Source of the DNA: Octopus sinensis
Lineage: Eukaryota
Assembly: GCF_006345805.1 (NCBI RefSeq)
Contig: NC_043001.1
Coordinates: forward strand, 71,920,001 to 71,984,000
Direction: 5' to 3'
DNA length: 64,000 bases
The notes below the pieces were generated by a model. The model did no database searches. It was not told the DNA's origin and saw only the letters and a list, made by a program, of their open reading frames with translations. Shown piece by piece: positions 24,901 through 37,401 of the stretch. Within the stretch, counting starts at the first letter, position 1. Each line of letters begins with the position of its first letter. The position numbers and the translations under genes were made by a program.

Positions 24901-26744
24901 GCCAGTAATTTGATTATAGATCCTTTGATGTTGTCCCGCATGAGTTAGAATCTCATGCACCTTGTTAAAAATGTATTCTTCAATGGGTTTAAATGCCAGT
25001 ATTGCATGCTGGAGTGTAATGACAGAGATTTGATAACAAAGTTCGCATCAGAATAATTATCAAAAGAACAATATTTGATTGATTATTTGTATAGCCATTT
25101 ATGAAGTTGATTATAATGTTAGCTGTTACAATATATATATAAGAAATGTAGAACCTCATCAGATTGTTTGTGTATACACAGCTTGTTTTTCAAGTCTCTG
25201 GTTCCATGGTCATTGTGATTGGGAGCTAGCTTCATCACTGCGCTGCTAAAGAGAAAGGCAGAGTAAAACAATCAAGGTAGAATGATACATTAAGAGGTTT
25301 ACTTTGCTGCGATAATCAGCATACTGACAGATTTTCTGTCTGTCCAGGGACAATTAGTCAAAGAGAGAGATAGCCATTTGCTTATGTTTCTATAACTTGC
25401 TGACAAAGGTAAGTTAAACTAAAAACAATAGGGTTTTTCATCCCTAATCAGAATTGACCAAAGAATGCCCTGGAGAAGATCAAGAGTGCAAGAAAAGGCT
25501 GAAACAATAAACCAAGGATTTGTTTGACAATGTGGGAAAATGTGGATTTGGTTTCGAATCCTGGGTTAGTTGTTCTGTAGCTGTTCGCCACACAACTAAT
25601 ACTGGAATCATTTCCCCTACTTCTACATTCTTATCAGTACAACAGAAAGAAAAGAAAAGTGACATTGACATTACTGCACTAGCAGTGCTCTACAGATAAT
25701 TAATCATATAACCATTAATAAGAAAAAAGAAAATTTTGCAATATATCAGACAGATAAATGACAAAATTTGTATTCTTATTGATGAATGAACAAGCCAGGA
25801 CATTAAGGCCAGTCTGATAGTTTATTTGGAATGTGTAATGAAATGATAAGGATAGTGATTTCCATTTTGTGTTTTTAGACTGAAATAAATAGCCTGCTCA
25901 GAAAACTGCAATTGTTTCTAATTTTCTATATAAGCATTTCATCTGATGCTTACTTGAAACTAGTGAAAGAGCAAATGTAAACCATTCGTTCACAAGGGTG
26001 TTTGTCACTCTTACTGGAGTAACTCTCCTCTTTATATAAATCCTGGAAAAAATACCAAAGGAAAAATGACATGGTAAAAATGTCACTGGTAAAAATACCA
26101 CAATAAAATATCACAAGTAAAAATGGAGTCCATGTTTAACCTTTTTTTCCAAAATTGGAACAGACATAGAAAATTACAATTTTACATTCACTCTACCACC
26201 AAAATATATTCATCATTTTTATCATTATGAATCAGTATACTGGGCTACTAGGGTAGTTTAACCAACTGTTTGTTTTAATCTGGACCTGCACAGCTGCCAT
26301 TTTTTCCAATAGACTCTTTTGACTTGTTGTTCAACCATTTTTACTATGACATTTTTTACTGTAGCATTTTTCCTGGCCATTCTCAATTCTGCCAAATACA
26401 ATCTATTTAGTTCAGGCGGGTATTTCAAAAGATTGCATCAAACACAGTGAGCCAGAACAAATACCTACAAGGCATCCATTCGACATTCTTACATCACTAA
26501 TCCACCATTCTAGGTTGGTACTTTTGTATTGATCTCAAAAAGTTGAAAAATAAAGCTGACCTTGGCAAGATTTGATCTTAGAGCACAGACAATTAGACAA
26601 AAATATCTACAAGGCATCCATCAAGAACCCATTTTTATATTTTCAACAATTGATTGCTCTAATTTGGTGTTTTGAAAAGATAAAAAGTAAAGTTGTTCTC
26701 GGTGGGATTTGGTGGTCCCTGAACACAGAAAAGCAGAACGAATA

Positions 26745-27257
26745 CCGTAAATCCTCGAGTATAGTCTGCCCTTGAGTATAATATGCAGGGGATTTTTAGG
26801 GGGCTGTACCGCTGAAAAACCTAAACCTTGTGTATATTACGCACTCCTTCTCTAACTTGAGTCAAGGAGGTCTATATAGCGTCCTTGATTTATAAAAATG
26901 TATACGGTATTGTCCTTTATTATTATTGTATATTTAATATAATGCAAACGTGTAGCTTTTTTGTGCATTTTGTTTGCAGAAAATAAAGGAACAACAGTAA
27001 TAACATTTAATAAATGTTGCTTACTGCAAGTTATGGCTGATTATTTTATGACTTCATTGCTTTCAGGCTTAGCTTAAGGTAATTTCGTGTCCGACATCAC
27101 AAAATGCGTCTGAATAAACATTGCCGGACAGCAAATAGAGACTCGGATATTGCTTAGAAAATATTTTTCATTTTTAACCTCGTATATAGTACGCACTGGG
27201 GATTTTGACCTTTAAATTTTGGGGGGAAAAATGCGGATTATACTCGAGGATTTACGG
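26745..27257. mobile_element. Tc1/pogo-type MITE
   Basis: TA|CCGTAAATCCTCGAGTATAGTC ... GATTATACTCGAGGATTTACGG|TA. Confidence 0.88.
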
Positions 27258-28912
27258 TATTTCAAAACATAACAACTGATGCTCTAGCAACTGCCAATTC
27301 AACACCCTACTACCAGATACCAAATTTACTTTGGTAATTAATTCTCAATGAACATTACACAGAAATGATAACCCGGTTATGTCTTAATCACAGATTACAA
27401 GCTGTAGTAGAGGATTCAGTCTGAAGAGACAGTTTTTAGGGGTTTTGGTTTGTTTGTTTGCTTTCAGTTAAAATTTTTAACACCAAATTAGTTGCAGCTT
27501 GCTGTTTACACAGAAAAAAAATGGTTGCAAAATAACAAGCGACTGTTACGTTCTTTTTTGTTTTTTTGTGACCTTGTTGCACTGGGTTTTCAATTCATAG
27601 TATGCACATACACTCATGCACATACATTCTCACGCACACATGCACATGCATACACTTCCTTCTGCACACACACACATTCATATAAGCGCGCACATGAGGT
27701 AATTCATTACGAAAACAGAAAGCGCGCTTTATTTCTAACTAGTATATCATTTGAAAACGTAAGCTTTAGTTAACAGAAATACACATGTTTGGTCATGTCA
27801 TGATGTGTTTGATGTCAAATAGTTTTGTAAACAAACGTTGATGACGTCAGGAGCGAAATTACTAGATTGGGTTACAAGCGCAACAGCTCGCTACTTTATT
27901 GTTTAACTTCAGCTCTTTACTACTGCATTTTAGCCTACTTTTATAATTTTTGAGGACAACGATAACAATCAACACGGCTTCTGTTATCTATAAACTTCCA
28001 GTTATATGTCAGTATTTCACCTTTGTCCCCGTGGGTATTATCAGGAAATATGGCATGCATACAATAATTATGATTCCTCTTTTTATCAAATTTATTGGTG
28101 CTTATACGAATTGATGAAATGAATACTAATTTTCAAAAGAAAAATATTTATTACCTTAAAATAAAATTAAATAAAACAGATTTCTGATTTGTAGTCCAAC
28201 TCATGCCAGCATGGAAAATGGACATTAAAGGATGATGATGAGCGCCATAAATATGTTATTTTTCTAAATGTTTTATCAACAGTGCCCCAGCATGGCCAAA
28301 GCCTCTGACTGAGACCAATAATTGAATAGAGGAATATTTCCTATCACTTCCATCGAAAACTTGTCCTTCAAAATCTTAACACTTTTCATAATTACTATGT
28401 CATTTACACCCTTTCTTCCTCTGTCTTTATAATACTGTCTCACTGTGTATGTGTAGCATTCCTTTACTTATTGCCTGCCACCAAGCCGAGTATGTGCACT
28501 CATCTACACCTCTTATTTGAACTCTCTCTGTAACTCTATTTTACTCCCTTTTCTCTCTATACACTGCAAAATGTGAGTAGAAAAACCTATCAGTCAACAT
28601 TTATATCAGCTACAAGCTCGAGATTACAATGGCATAGTTTTTTATTCTTTCATTTGTTTCAGTCATTTGACTATGGCCACGCTGGAGCACCACCTTTAGT
28701 GTGTCTGCCCATTACTGCTTGGAAACCAGTGTTGGCGTGTTTGTATCCCCATAACTTAGCAATTTAGCATAAGTGACCAATAGTATAAGAACCACTTAAA
28801 AAAAGAAGTATTGGCGTCAATTCATTTGAGTAAAACTTCAAAGCGGTGCCCCAGCATGGTTGCAGTCTATTAAGTGAAGCAAGTTAAATATAAAAGATAT
28901 CTATCTATCTAT

Positions 28913-28968
<56 letters not shown>

Positions 28969-28970
<2 letters not shown>

Positions 28971-29091
28971 CTTTCTGTTGAAGAGCGTAGGCTTGAAATG
29001 TAAAAGATTTTCTCACCTTCCCGAGCGTTAAACTAATACATCTGTTTGCTGTTTACACACCTGTCTTCGTCTTTTGTTTTTTGTAAATTCC

Positions 29092-29095
<4 letters not shown>
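28969..29095 (+). mobile_element. TA-flanked pLTR-like fragment with degenerate hammerhead
   Basis: cttt CTGTTGA A GAGC gtag GCTT GAAA T GTA aaag. The core carries substitutions. Related to 30500 and 53650. Confidence 0.55.
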
Positions 29096-29177
<82 letters not shown>

Positions 29178-29179
<2 letters not shown>

Positions 29180-29488
29180 CGTGATCACCGTGACCGACCA
29201 GGTTATCAGATGTTGCTACACATCGCTGGTCACAATGAGCCTCGCATTGTTTTAGCTTTCAAATGACGCCACCCCGCTGGCTAAGCGATCAGGCCAACGG
29301 AAGAAAGAGTGAGAGAGTGTTGTGGCGAAAGAGTACAGCAGGGATCGCCACCACTCCCTGCTGGAGCCTCGTGGAGCTTTAGGTGTTTTCGCTCAATAAA
29401 CACTCACAGCGCCCGGTCTGGGAATCGAAACCGTGATCCTACGACCGCGAGTCCGCTACCGTTACCACTGGGCCATTGCGTCTCCACA
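29178..29488 (-). mobile_element. tRNA-derived SINE, near full length
   Basis: Minus strand TGGCCCAGTGG A box and GGTTTCGATTCCC B box. Confidence 0.8.
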
Positions 29489-29611
29489 CATATATATATG
29501 TGTGTGTGTGTGTATGTGTATTATATATTTTTCAAATCCAGGCAGGGCCAAATGAGATCCTACAAGTTATTTATAATAATAAGTGGCGTCATATCGGGGT
29601 TAAAAGAATGA

Positions 29612-30370
29612 CGTGTACAATATTAAATATGCTAAAACAATCTGAAAACAACGGAAACTTTTAAACATTTACCGGTTTTTATGAAAGGGACCTGGGTATC
29701 TACATGAGTAATGATACCTCATTCCAAGTGCACATCACCAGGATCGCGACAAATTGCAGACGACTGGATTCTGAGAACATTCAGAACCAGAGAAACGGAA
29801 GCCATGATGGTTCCCTGGAGGACATCCATCTTCAGCTGCCCGGATTACTGCTCCCAGCTATGGTCACCAAACAGTGTAAAATTAACAGTGGACCTTAAAG
29901 CAATCCAGCGAAGCTTCACAAAGAAGAACGTCTCTTTGCAGCAGCTCAGCTAATGGGAAAGGCTGAAACAGCTAAGACTCTACTGATGGAGCGAAGGTGG
30001 GAGAGGTATGCAGTAATATATATCTGGAAGATCCTGGAAGGAATTGTGCCAAATTTTGGCATTGAAAGCTACACCAATGCCAGAACGTGTCGACACTGCA
30101 CAGTGCCAAAGATCCCAGCAATGCCATCGCGTTTCAGGACCAGTTACTGCAACAGTGTGGGTTTCAGGGGCCCACAGCTTTTTAATATTCTCCCAAAGAA
30201 CCTGAGGAACCTGCACAAAGTAGATGTAGGCGTTTTTAAATCAAGGCTGGACCTCTTCCTGTCAAGAGTCCCAGACGAACCCACCTCACGGCAATAAGTA
30301 CAAATGAGGGTAGCTACATCAAACTCCACTCTACACCAAGTGCCACATATTAGAGGAGCATCTCAGTAAT
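29612..30370 (+). mobile_element. CR1-group LINE 3' fragment (RT C-terminus), degenerate
   Basis: DYCSQLWSP..KAIQRSFTK, ERRWERYAVIYIWKIL, GPQLFNILP and FKSRLDLFLSRVPDEP, with stops and frameshifts. Confidence 0.8.
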
Positions 30371-30499
30371 GACAGTGTAGCAAAACGGCGTTGATATTTA
30401 AGGTCTATTCCATTATTAGAGTGCAAAGTACAAAGTGTGTAGATATATGTATATATTTTTTCCTCTGTCTTCCCTTCTCTGGATCTTTCCTTCTCCTAT

Positions 30500-30534
30500 G
30501 TTTCTGATGAAGAGCTCCGCTCGAAACGTTAAAC
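30500..30534 (+). ncRNA. Minimal type I hammerhead variant
   Basis: gttt CTGATGA A GAGC tcc GCTC GAAAC GTT aaac. Stem I gttt/aaac, stem II GAGC/GCTC, and a palindromic AACGTT in place of a stem III loop. Confidence 0.65.
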
Positions 30535-30632
30535 CCTCCTTCTTTCCTTCTTTCCTGAGCGTCCAATAATACTATATTTGTTCCACGTCCTCGCATTGTT
30601 GTGTTTTTTTGTGCTTTCTTGTTTGGATTAAC

Positions 30633-30689
<57 letters not shown>

Positions 30690-30979
30690 ATGTTACATTA
30701 CTCGGTAGTCAAGATAAAACTCTGAGTTTCAGATGCCGAAGTGGAAATCCACAACACCATCTCTTCGGTTCTGGCTATTTGAAAACGTTATGAAAAAATA
30801 CCGTTAAAAATGAAGGGAAATTACTCTGTTATAACTCTGCTTTGCCTGTGTACTTATACATCGCTCGCATTTTTCGTCATAAAAATTATATAAAAATACA
30901 TAAAAATATATAAAAATATATAAAAATATATAAAATCTTCTTGGACATTACACAGAAAGCATGTCCTATCCGTTTTTTT

Positions 30980-32515
30980 TTAGGGGACCAAAAACGTAAC
31001 AGATTTAGTCACATGTGGGCATGATCCGAAAAGCTCTGTCCTTGTATTTAGACATGTGGTAGGGTCTAAGCTGCTTTTCCAGATAAGCCATCTCTCCATG
31101 TCGCATAAACCGCACCTTCCGCTGCCGTTGGTATAGGGCTTACATCTGGCCAAAATCTTCCATTGTATGTTATAATCGACACCTTTATCTCTTAAAGACC
31201 AAATATGATTGGATAATTGTGTCGCTTTTCTTTTGTTCCAGTGCCTAAAGCTCAAAGTGTGGTTATTGAACCTGGCCTTGAAATTACCCTCTGTCAGGCC
31301 CACGTATTTCTTCGTCGAAACGGTGTCTTTAGTGGTTATAGAGTTTACGGTAGCTTCATATATGATGGTCTTGGACATGCAAGCTCCATTTAGCGGGCAC
31401 AATTCTTTATTCCTGCATGAACAGCTGTTTTCTTCTTGTGTTTTTTGTATGTTATGATTGATTATGTTTTTAAAATTGGTAGTTGAACTAAAACTAATTT
31501 TTAAATTGTGTCTATTGAAGAGTTTCCTATAAGCATGGTTAACTGAAAATGTCTATCTATCAGAGCTAGGAAATATTTACCTATATTGAAGGCCACCTCG
31601 GGTGAGTAAGGGGGCGTAAAACCAGATGACCTTCCTATTTCTATTATTCCTTTTCCTTATTGTTGGGCTGGTGATAGGTGTATATTTTATTTTTTCGCTA
31701 AAACCACTATCTTTTAAAGCTTTATTATAAACTGGGGCAACGCTATTGAATGTCCTCATTAGATGAGAGGCTAGAAATCCTCTTACTAATATTTTTAACT
31801 AAATTTTTGAATACTATAGGGGGATGGCATGAACCTACATTAATATAACTTAGTCTATCATTGGGCTTCCTATAAGGCTTATAAATATTATTATTAAGAT
31901 CTAAGGAAACGTCTAAGAAATTGACAACCGTCAGGTTAGTGTCTATAGTTATACTAAGTCCGAAGTGTTTCATTAACTGGATAATATCCTTCCTAAAACG
32001 ATCTTGTGCTGGTCATTTGTATTAGCTGTTAAGGCGAGGACATCATCTTTGTAGATGGCGAAATGTACGTTAGGGAATGTCTTACCGAAGGTATCTAGGA
32101 GAAAGAGTCCAATTAGATCACAGATGCCTGCCCCATCATATGAACCCATGCTCACATCGAAAGCGCCCTCCGTGTCGGTGTTTTTTACCCACTTTGCATT
32201 CTCACTGAAAAGTAATGTCTTTCTAGCATGGAAGATTAATCCTTATCATTGGTACTAATTTCTATGAAGTCACTAGCGAAGATTAGGGCTTTATCTAGCA
32301 GTTCTTTAGAGATAGAGGCATAAAAATCAACAATATCGAATTGTGTAAACCTCGCTTTTTTCTTATTCTTAATAGCTTTAAACCAGTCTACGACTTCTAT
32401 ACTATTGGACCATTGCACTAGCCTAGTGTCGGTCTTAATTTTCGTATTTATTTTATCTAAAATTTCTTTGCTAATAATCCCTAGTTCTGACTTGGCTGGG
32501 TTGATAAGCCTACAT
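30980..32515 (-). mobile_element. 5'-truncated Penelope-like element (RT plus GIY-YIG endonuclease), degenerate
   Basis: CRLINPAKSELG, QFDIVDFYASI, MGSYDGAGICDLIG, YKDD, NFLDVSLDL and YVGLTEGNFKARFNNH...CGLCDME motifs across frameshifted ORFs. Confidence 0.92.
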
Positions 32516-33149
32516 TTATATATATAGCCAAATTTAAATTAACACTGCAAATAGAACTTTTCCTACGGTTGAACAATGGTTTTTCTCTGACAGTAGTTTT
32601 TACATTTTCCAGATGCCTTTAGCTAGGCCGAAATAATGTCTTCACCACTTGGCCCTTATAACCTCTTCTGTCAGCAACTGTGAGACAACGTCCCACAACC
32701 CTACAACTCTCCCTAGCTCTAATTCTGTTCTCCTGCAACATCATTCCCTCAGTAATTACTACTGAACAATGAAGAGAATGCAAACACAAACTTTACTTCG
32801 CTTACTTTTGGATTTATCATAACCTGCCCGTCAAGGCAAGGTATTGTAACATAACGGTAAATAAATATTTCCTTAAAACTTCATGCATTGTTCATCTATA
32901 TATTTCAGTATGACTTGTCGACCACCACTGAAATTAATGAACCTTGTACATTCTAACAAATTAATATACAGTTTTAATTTCAAACTTACACCTGTTTTCA
33001 ACAGGATAATTTATCAACATTGAAACATTTTAATTTAACAACATTGAAACATTTCAGTTTGTCAACATTGAAACTTATAACGATGTTTTTCTAATTTTAC
33101 ACTTTTACCATTGATAAACGAAAAATATTGTTGAAACTAGTTTGGTATA

Positions 33150-33528
33150 TCTTTATATATAAAAGTGAGGTTTTGTGCTGTCTGTCTCCTACGATTTAGA
33201 TTCCTAACTACTCCCACATTTTGCGGTGCAGTTTAACCAAAACCGGGTATCTTATAGTCGTGATTCATATCGAGCCCTTCTGGTTATTAGCGCGCGTCTA
33301 CGATGAGTCTACGATTAAAAAAAAAATTTACCATCAATTTTTCCCATTTTTAATGCATTTTTGGCATATATAAGGGAATTAACTCTCTAAAAATTTATTA
33401 TTAAATCTTAGAACGTAAAAGCTACAGTAACACCCCCCCTCTTGTGGTTAGTCATATTGAGATGGCTATTATACTTTACATCTCTAAAAATGCTTACAAA
33501 CCCGAGCAACGCTGGGCGATACTGTTAG
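33150..33528 (+). mobile_element. Non-autonomous Helitron
   Basis: A|TC start. 3' end acaaacccgagcaacgctgggcgatactgTTAG|T is shared with 17866-18246. Confidence 0.7.
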
Positions 33529-33595
33529 TATGTAAATAAATGTATTTTAAATATTTACGAGTTTTTGAAATTTAAGTGCATTTTCAACAACACAT

Positions 33596-33652
<57 letters not shown>

Positions 33653-34102
33653 ATATATGAAGTGTGTGTGTGTATGTGCGGACAGGTGTGCGTGTACATG
33701 TTTCCACCTTTAAGTAAGATCTAATTTAAAAGTATGTCACCTTAAATCACACAGCATTGTATGTCAAGGAAACAAATGACCTGCAGATGTCCTTTCACAG
33801 ATTTGAGTTTTATAATTTTATCTTCTTCAGACTTTTATACTGTTCATCTTGCATTTAAAAACAGCTTATCTCATAATCAAAGCAACTTTTATGATACAAG
33901 TCGTAGTGGTGGTGGTGGTGGTGGTGGTGGGAAAATGGGGTAGGATGGGGGTGTCAGGTGTCTTCTAGAACCTGTGAGAAAAAATTAGGCCATGTGATCT
34001 GAGGTGTGAGTGTGTGCTTTGTGTAAATGTTTGAAAAGTATATATTACAAACAATAATGTGTGTTATGACTTACATCCACATTGTATTATTTGTTCCTTT
34101 GT

Positions 34103-34690
34103 TAAGGCGGCGAGCTGGCAGAAACGTTAGCACGCCGGGCGAAATACGTAGCCGTATTTCGTCTGTCGCTACGTTCTGAGTTCAAATTCCGCCGAGGTCG
34201 ACTTTGCCTTTCATCCTTTCGGGGTCGATTAAATAAGTACCAGTTATGCACTGGGTTGATATAATCGACTTAATCCGTTTGTCTGTCCTTGTTTGTCCCC
34301 TTTCTGTTTAGCCCCTTGTGGGTAGTAAAGAAATAGGTATTTCGTCTGCCGTTACGTTCTGAGTTCAAATTCCGCCGAGGTCGACTTTGCCTTTCATCCT
34401 TTCGAGGTCGATAAATTAAGTACCAGTTACGCACTGGGGTCGATGTGATCGACCTAATCCGTTTGTCTGTCCTTGTTTGTTCTCTCTGTGTTTAGCCCCT
34501 TGTGGGTAGTAAAAAAATATATATTTCGTCTGTCTTTATGCTCTGAGTTCAAATTCCGCCGAGGTCAACTTTGCCTTTCACCCTTTCAGGGTCGATAAAT
34601 TAAGTAAAAGTTGCATACTGGGGTCAATCTAATCGACTGGGCCCCTCCGCCAAAATTTCGGGCTTTGTGCCTAGAGTAGAAAAGATTATT
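34103..34690 (+). mobile_element. tRNA-derived SINE with its B-box/core segment in three tandem copies (about 183-bp period)
   Basis: gtatttcgtctg...ctgagttcaaattccgccgaggtcgactttgcctttcatcctttcg repeats at about 34154, 34337 and 34521. Confidence 0.85.
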
Positions 34691-35467
34691 TGTTCCTTTG
34701 ATATGGGCAGAATCAACGCAGCTGATTATTTAGTGAACTCGATTACTGGCGTAACGGGAGTTGTTGTTTGTTAAAAGTAAGGGGGAGGTACAATTTGCAT
34801 GGGTTTACATGAAAGTGTTTAAGAAGGATCACAAACTATATATTGTTTCATAGTAGAAGAGGGGGGTTAATATGATTTTGCCCAGAAATCACGTTTTCAA
34901 AATTTTAGTTTCCTCCACCGCAATTTCTTAATTTAATTTTTTTACGATCTTTTTTTATCCATGTAGAAAAATACAGAGATTACGAATCTGGGAAATACAT
35001 ATTTTTGTTAAGCTTAATTTTTCTTGAATAAACACTCAATACCCCTTCCCCTATCACGCCCACCCATCACCTACCCGCTTTCAAAAAGCTAAAAACACCC
35101 TATGTTTCATACATGCGTAGAATTGTACTGAAATAGTAGACGTAAAAAAAAACATTAGAACACCACCAGAAAACCCCGACATGCTAGAAACAACAGGTAA
35201 ACGACATTATTTCTGAAGAAACTTCCCCGTTTTCCAAAATGCTAAAAGTGAAACTTTGGGCGTTCATAGCTTTTTGAAAGTGGTGAGGTGATGGGTAGAT
35301 GTTTGGGAAGGAGATTTTAGTGTTTCTTTAAGAAAAAAGAAAGAAGAAAATTCCTAAAGATTTGTACTCTCTCTTTTGTATATATGTGTGCGTGTGCATA
35401 TGAGAGAGGGAGAGAGAGAGTGACTGTATTTCCTCATAACATATAAAGAAATGGATGTCTTTCAAGG

Positions 35468-35750
35468 CAGGGGCTTCTCAAACTATCTGATGTAACGGCA
35501 GTTTTGTCTTCCAATGTGCCAGGGTAATATTTCTTAGTAATATTAATTTATACCAGAAACACTATATATAATGAATATAATAAAAGTTGACAATTTTTTA
35601 ATCTTATATTTATTTTGTAAACAAATAATACAATATTACGTAAGCATTTTATAATGTTACTTTCTTATCTGGAAACTCACCGCATACCAGTAGCCGATGG
35701 CTCATGGGACAGCACCAGTAGCTTTGAGTAGCGCTGTTCGAGTAGCTCTG
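35468..35750. mobile_element. hAT-type MITE
   Basis: CAGGGGCTTCTCAAA left end and TTCGAGTAGCTCTG right end. 8-bp flanks tttcaagg / ttttaagg. Confidence 0.55.
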
Positions 35751-35981
35751 TTTTAAGGTACACACTCATAGAAAATGTGACGTCATCATTGTTAACGTGA
35801 TATAAAATGTACGATAATTGACTTATAAAAAAGATTATAATGTAAAATTTTTGTAATGCAAATATGTAAATGAAAATAAAGTTTATTTGGTAGTCGTAAG
35901 ATTACTGAATCTTTTGATATCCCATACGTCAAAATCGGCAAGTCAGTTTTCGAATGCATAAGGATGATACACGCATGCATG

Positions 35982-36060
<79 letters not shown>

Positions 36061-36559
36061 CTCGCTCACTCACATACAAACTCTCTATTATATATATATA
36101 TGAAAGACGTCTCTATCTGTCATTCTCTCTGTCGGTCTCTCACAGTGTGTCAATCTCTTCCTGTCTCCTTCACTTCCCTGATATCAACAATCCTCATGTG
36201 TCACATTTCCCTGACCCTAACATTTTTGCACCCCTCTTATTTTATCATGTAATAGCACAACCACCGTAGACAGTCCCATTATTGATTTTTATTGAAATTC
36301 AATTAGCCTGTAATTGAACTGTGTGTTAGTTCGACATGCGTACAAAGTTTGATGAAGATTGGTTTCTTGGTTTGGACAGCAAGATGGTAACAGACAGACA
36401 AGGAGACAGACAGAAATTGCCATTTATAAGTAAGATTATCATTATTATGCTATTTTTTCTTTTGGCATTTAGTAGGTTACTCAACCATTTTCAGAAAGAG
36501 GTCACCTGTATGACATATATGAAGTCACGTACAAGCACATTCTAACCTCTTGCCCACTG

Positions 36560-37401
36560 GTGCACTGTCTCTTCATTCAGCTTGTTCTACCACAATTATC
36601 TATAATAACCACAGCTCTGTAACGAAAGATTTTCTCATGCTTCTTTCACTCAGCTATTCTTGATTCGCTCATCTCTCCTCCTTCTCCCATAATCTTCCAC
36701 GACCGGTATCTGCCACGACTATAATTTTGCTCGGCTTGATGAGTCTTCTTCTGAAGCCCGATATAATGCCAAAGGTCTCGGTCATTGCCTCCATGAGGCC
36801 CAACACTTGAAAGGAACTCAGCCATTTTGACTCCGTGAGGCCCAACACTCGAAAGGAACTCAGCCACTTTGCCTGTGTGAGGCCCAATGTTCAAAAGATA
36901 TCCTTTACGTGCCATCAGCACGGGTGCACTTGGATTGACGGGTACTCTCAAGCACAGCACATTGCCAAAGGTTTTAGTCACCAGTCATTGCCTCTGCGAG
37001 ATTTAAAGTTCGATGATCATGCTTCACCACCTCAACCCATGTCTTCTTGGGTTTACCTCTATTACAGTTAAAGATCGGCACTTTTTACTCAGTTCTCCTC
37101 GTCCATACGCAAGACATGGCCATATCAGTACAATCGTCTCTCTTGCACACCACATCTGACTCCTCTTATGCCTAACTTTCCTCTCAAGATGCTTACACTC
37201 TGTCAAACATACACACTGACATTACACATCCAGCGAAGCATACTGGCTTCATTTCTCTGAAGCCTACGCATGTCCTCGGCTTTCATAGCCCATGTTTCAC
37301 TGCCATGCAGCATAGCTGTTTGCACATAGGCATCAAACAATCTGCCTTTCACTCTGAGGGAGAGAGAGGCCCTTTGTTGCCTGCAGGGATGGGTGCTTTC
37401 A
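36560..37401 (-). mobile_element. RTE LINE 3' fragment
   Basis: LSLRVKGRLFDAYVQTAMLHGSETW...RNEASMLRWMCNVS, matching 44890-45060. Confidence 0.8.

Noticed and set aside
30680-30980. Own hammerhead in the 3' pLTR of the minus-strand Penelope element
   Set aside because: I could not find a CUGA.GA core with matching stems on the minus strand.
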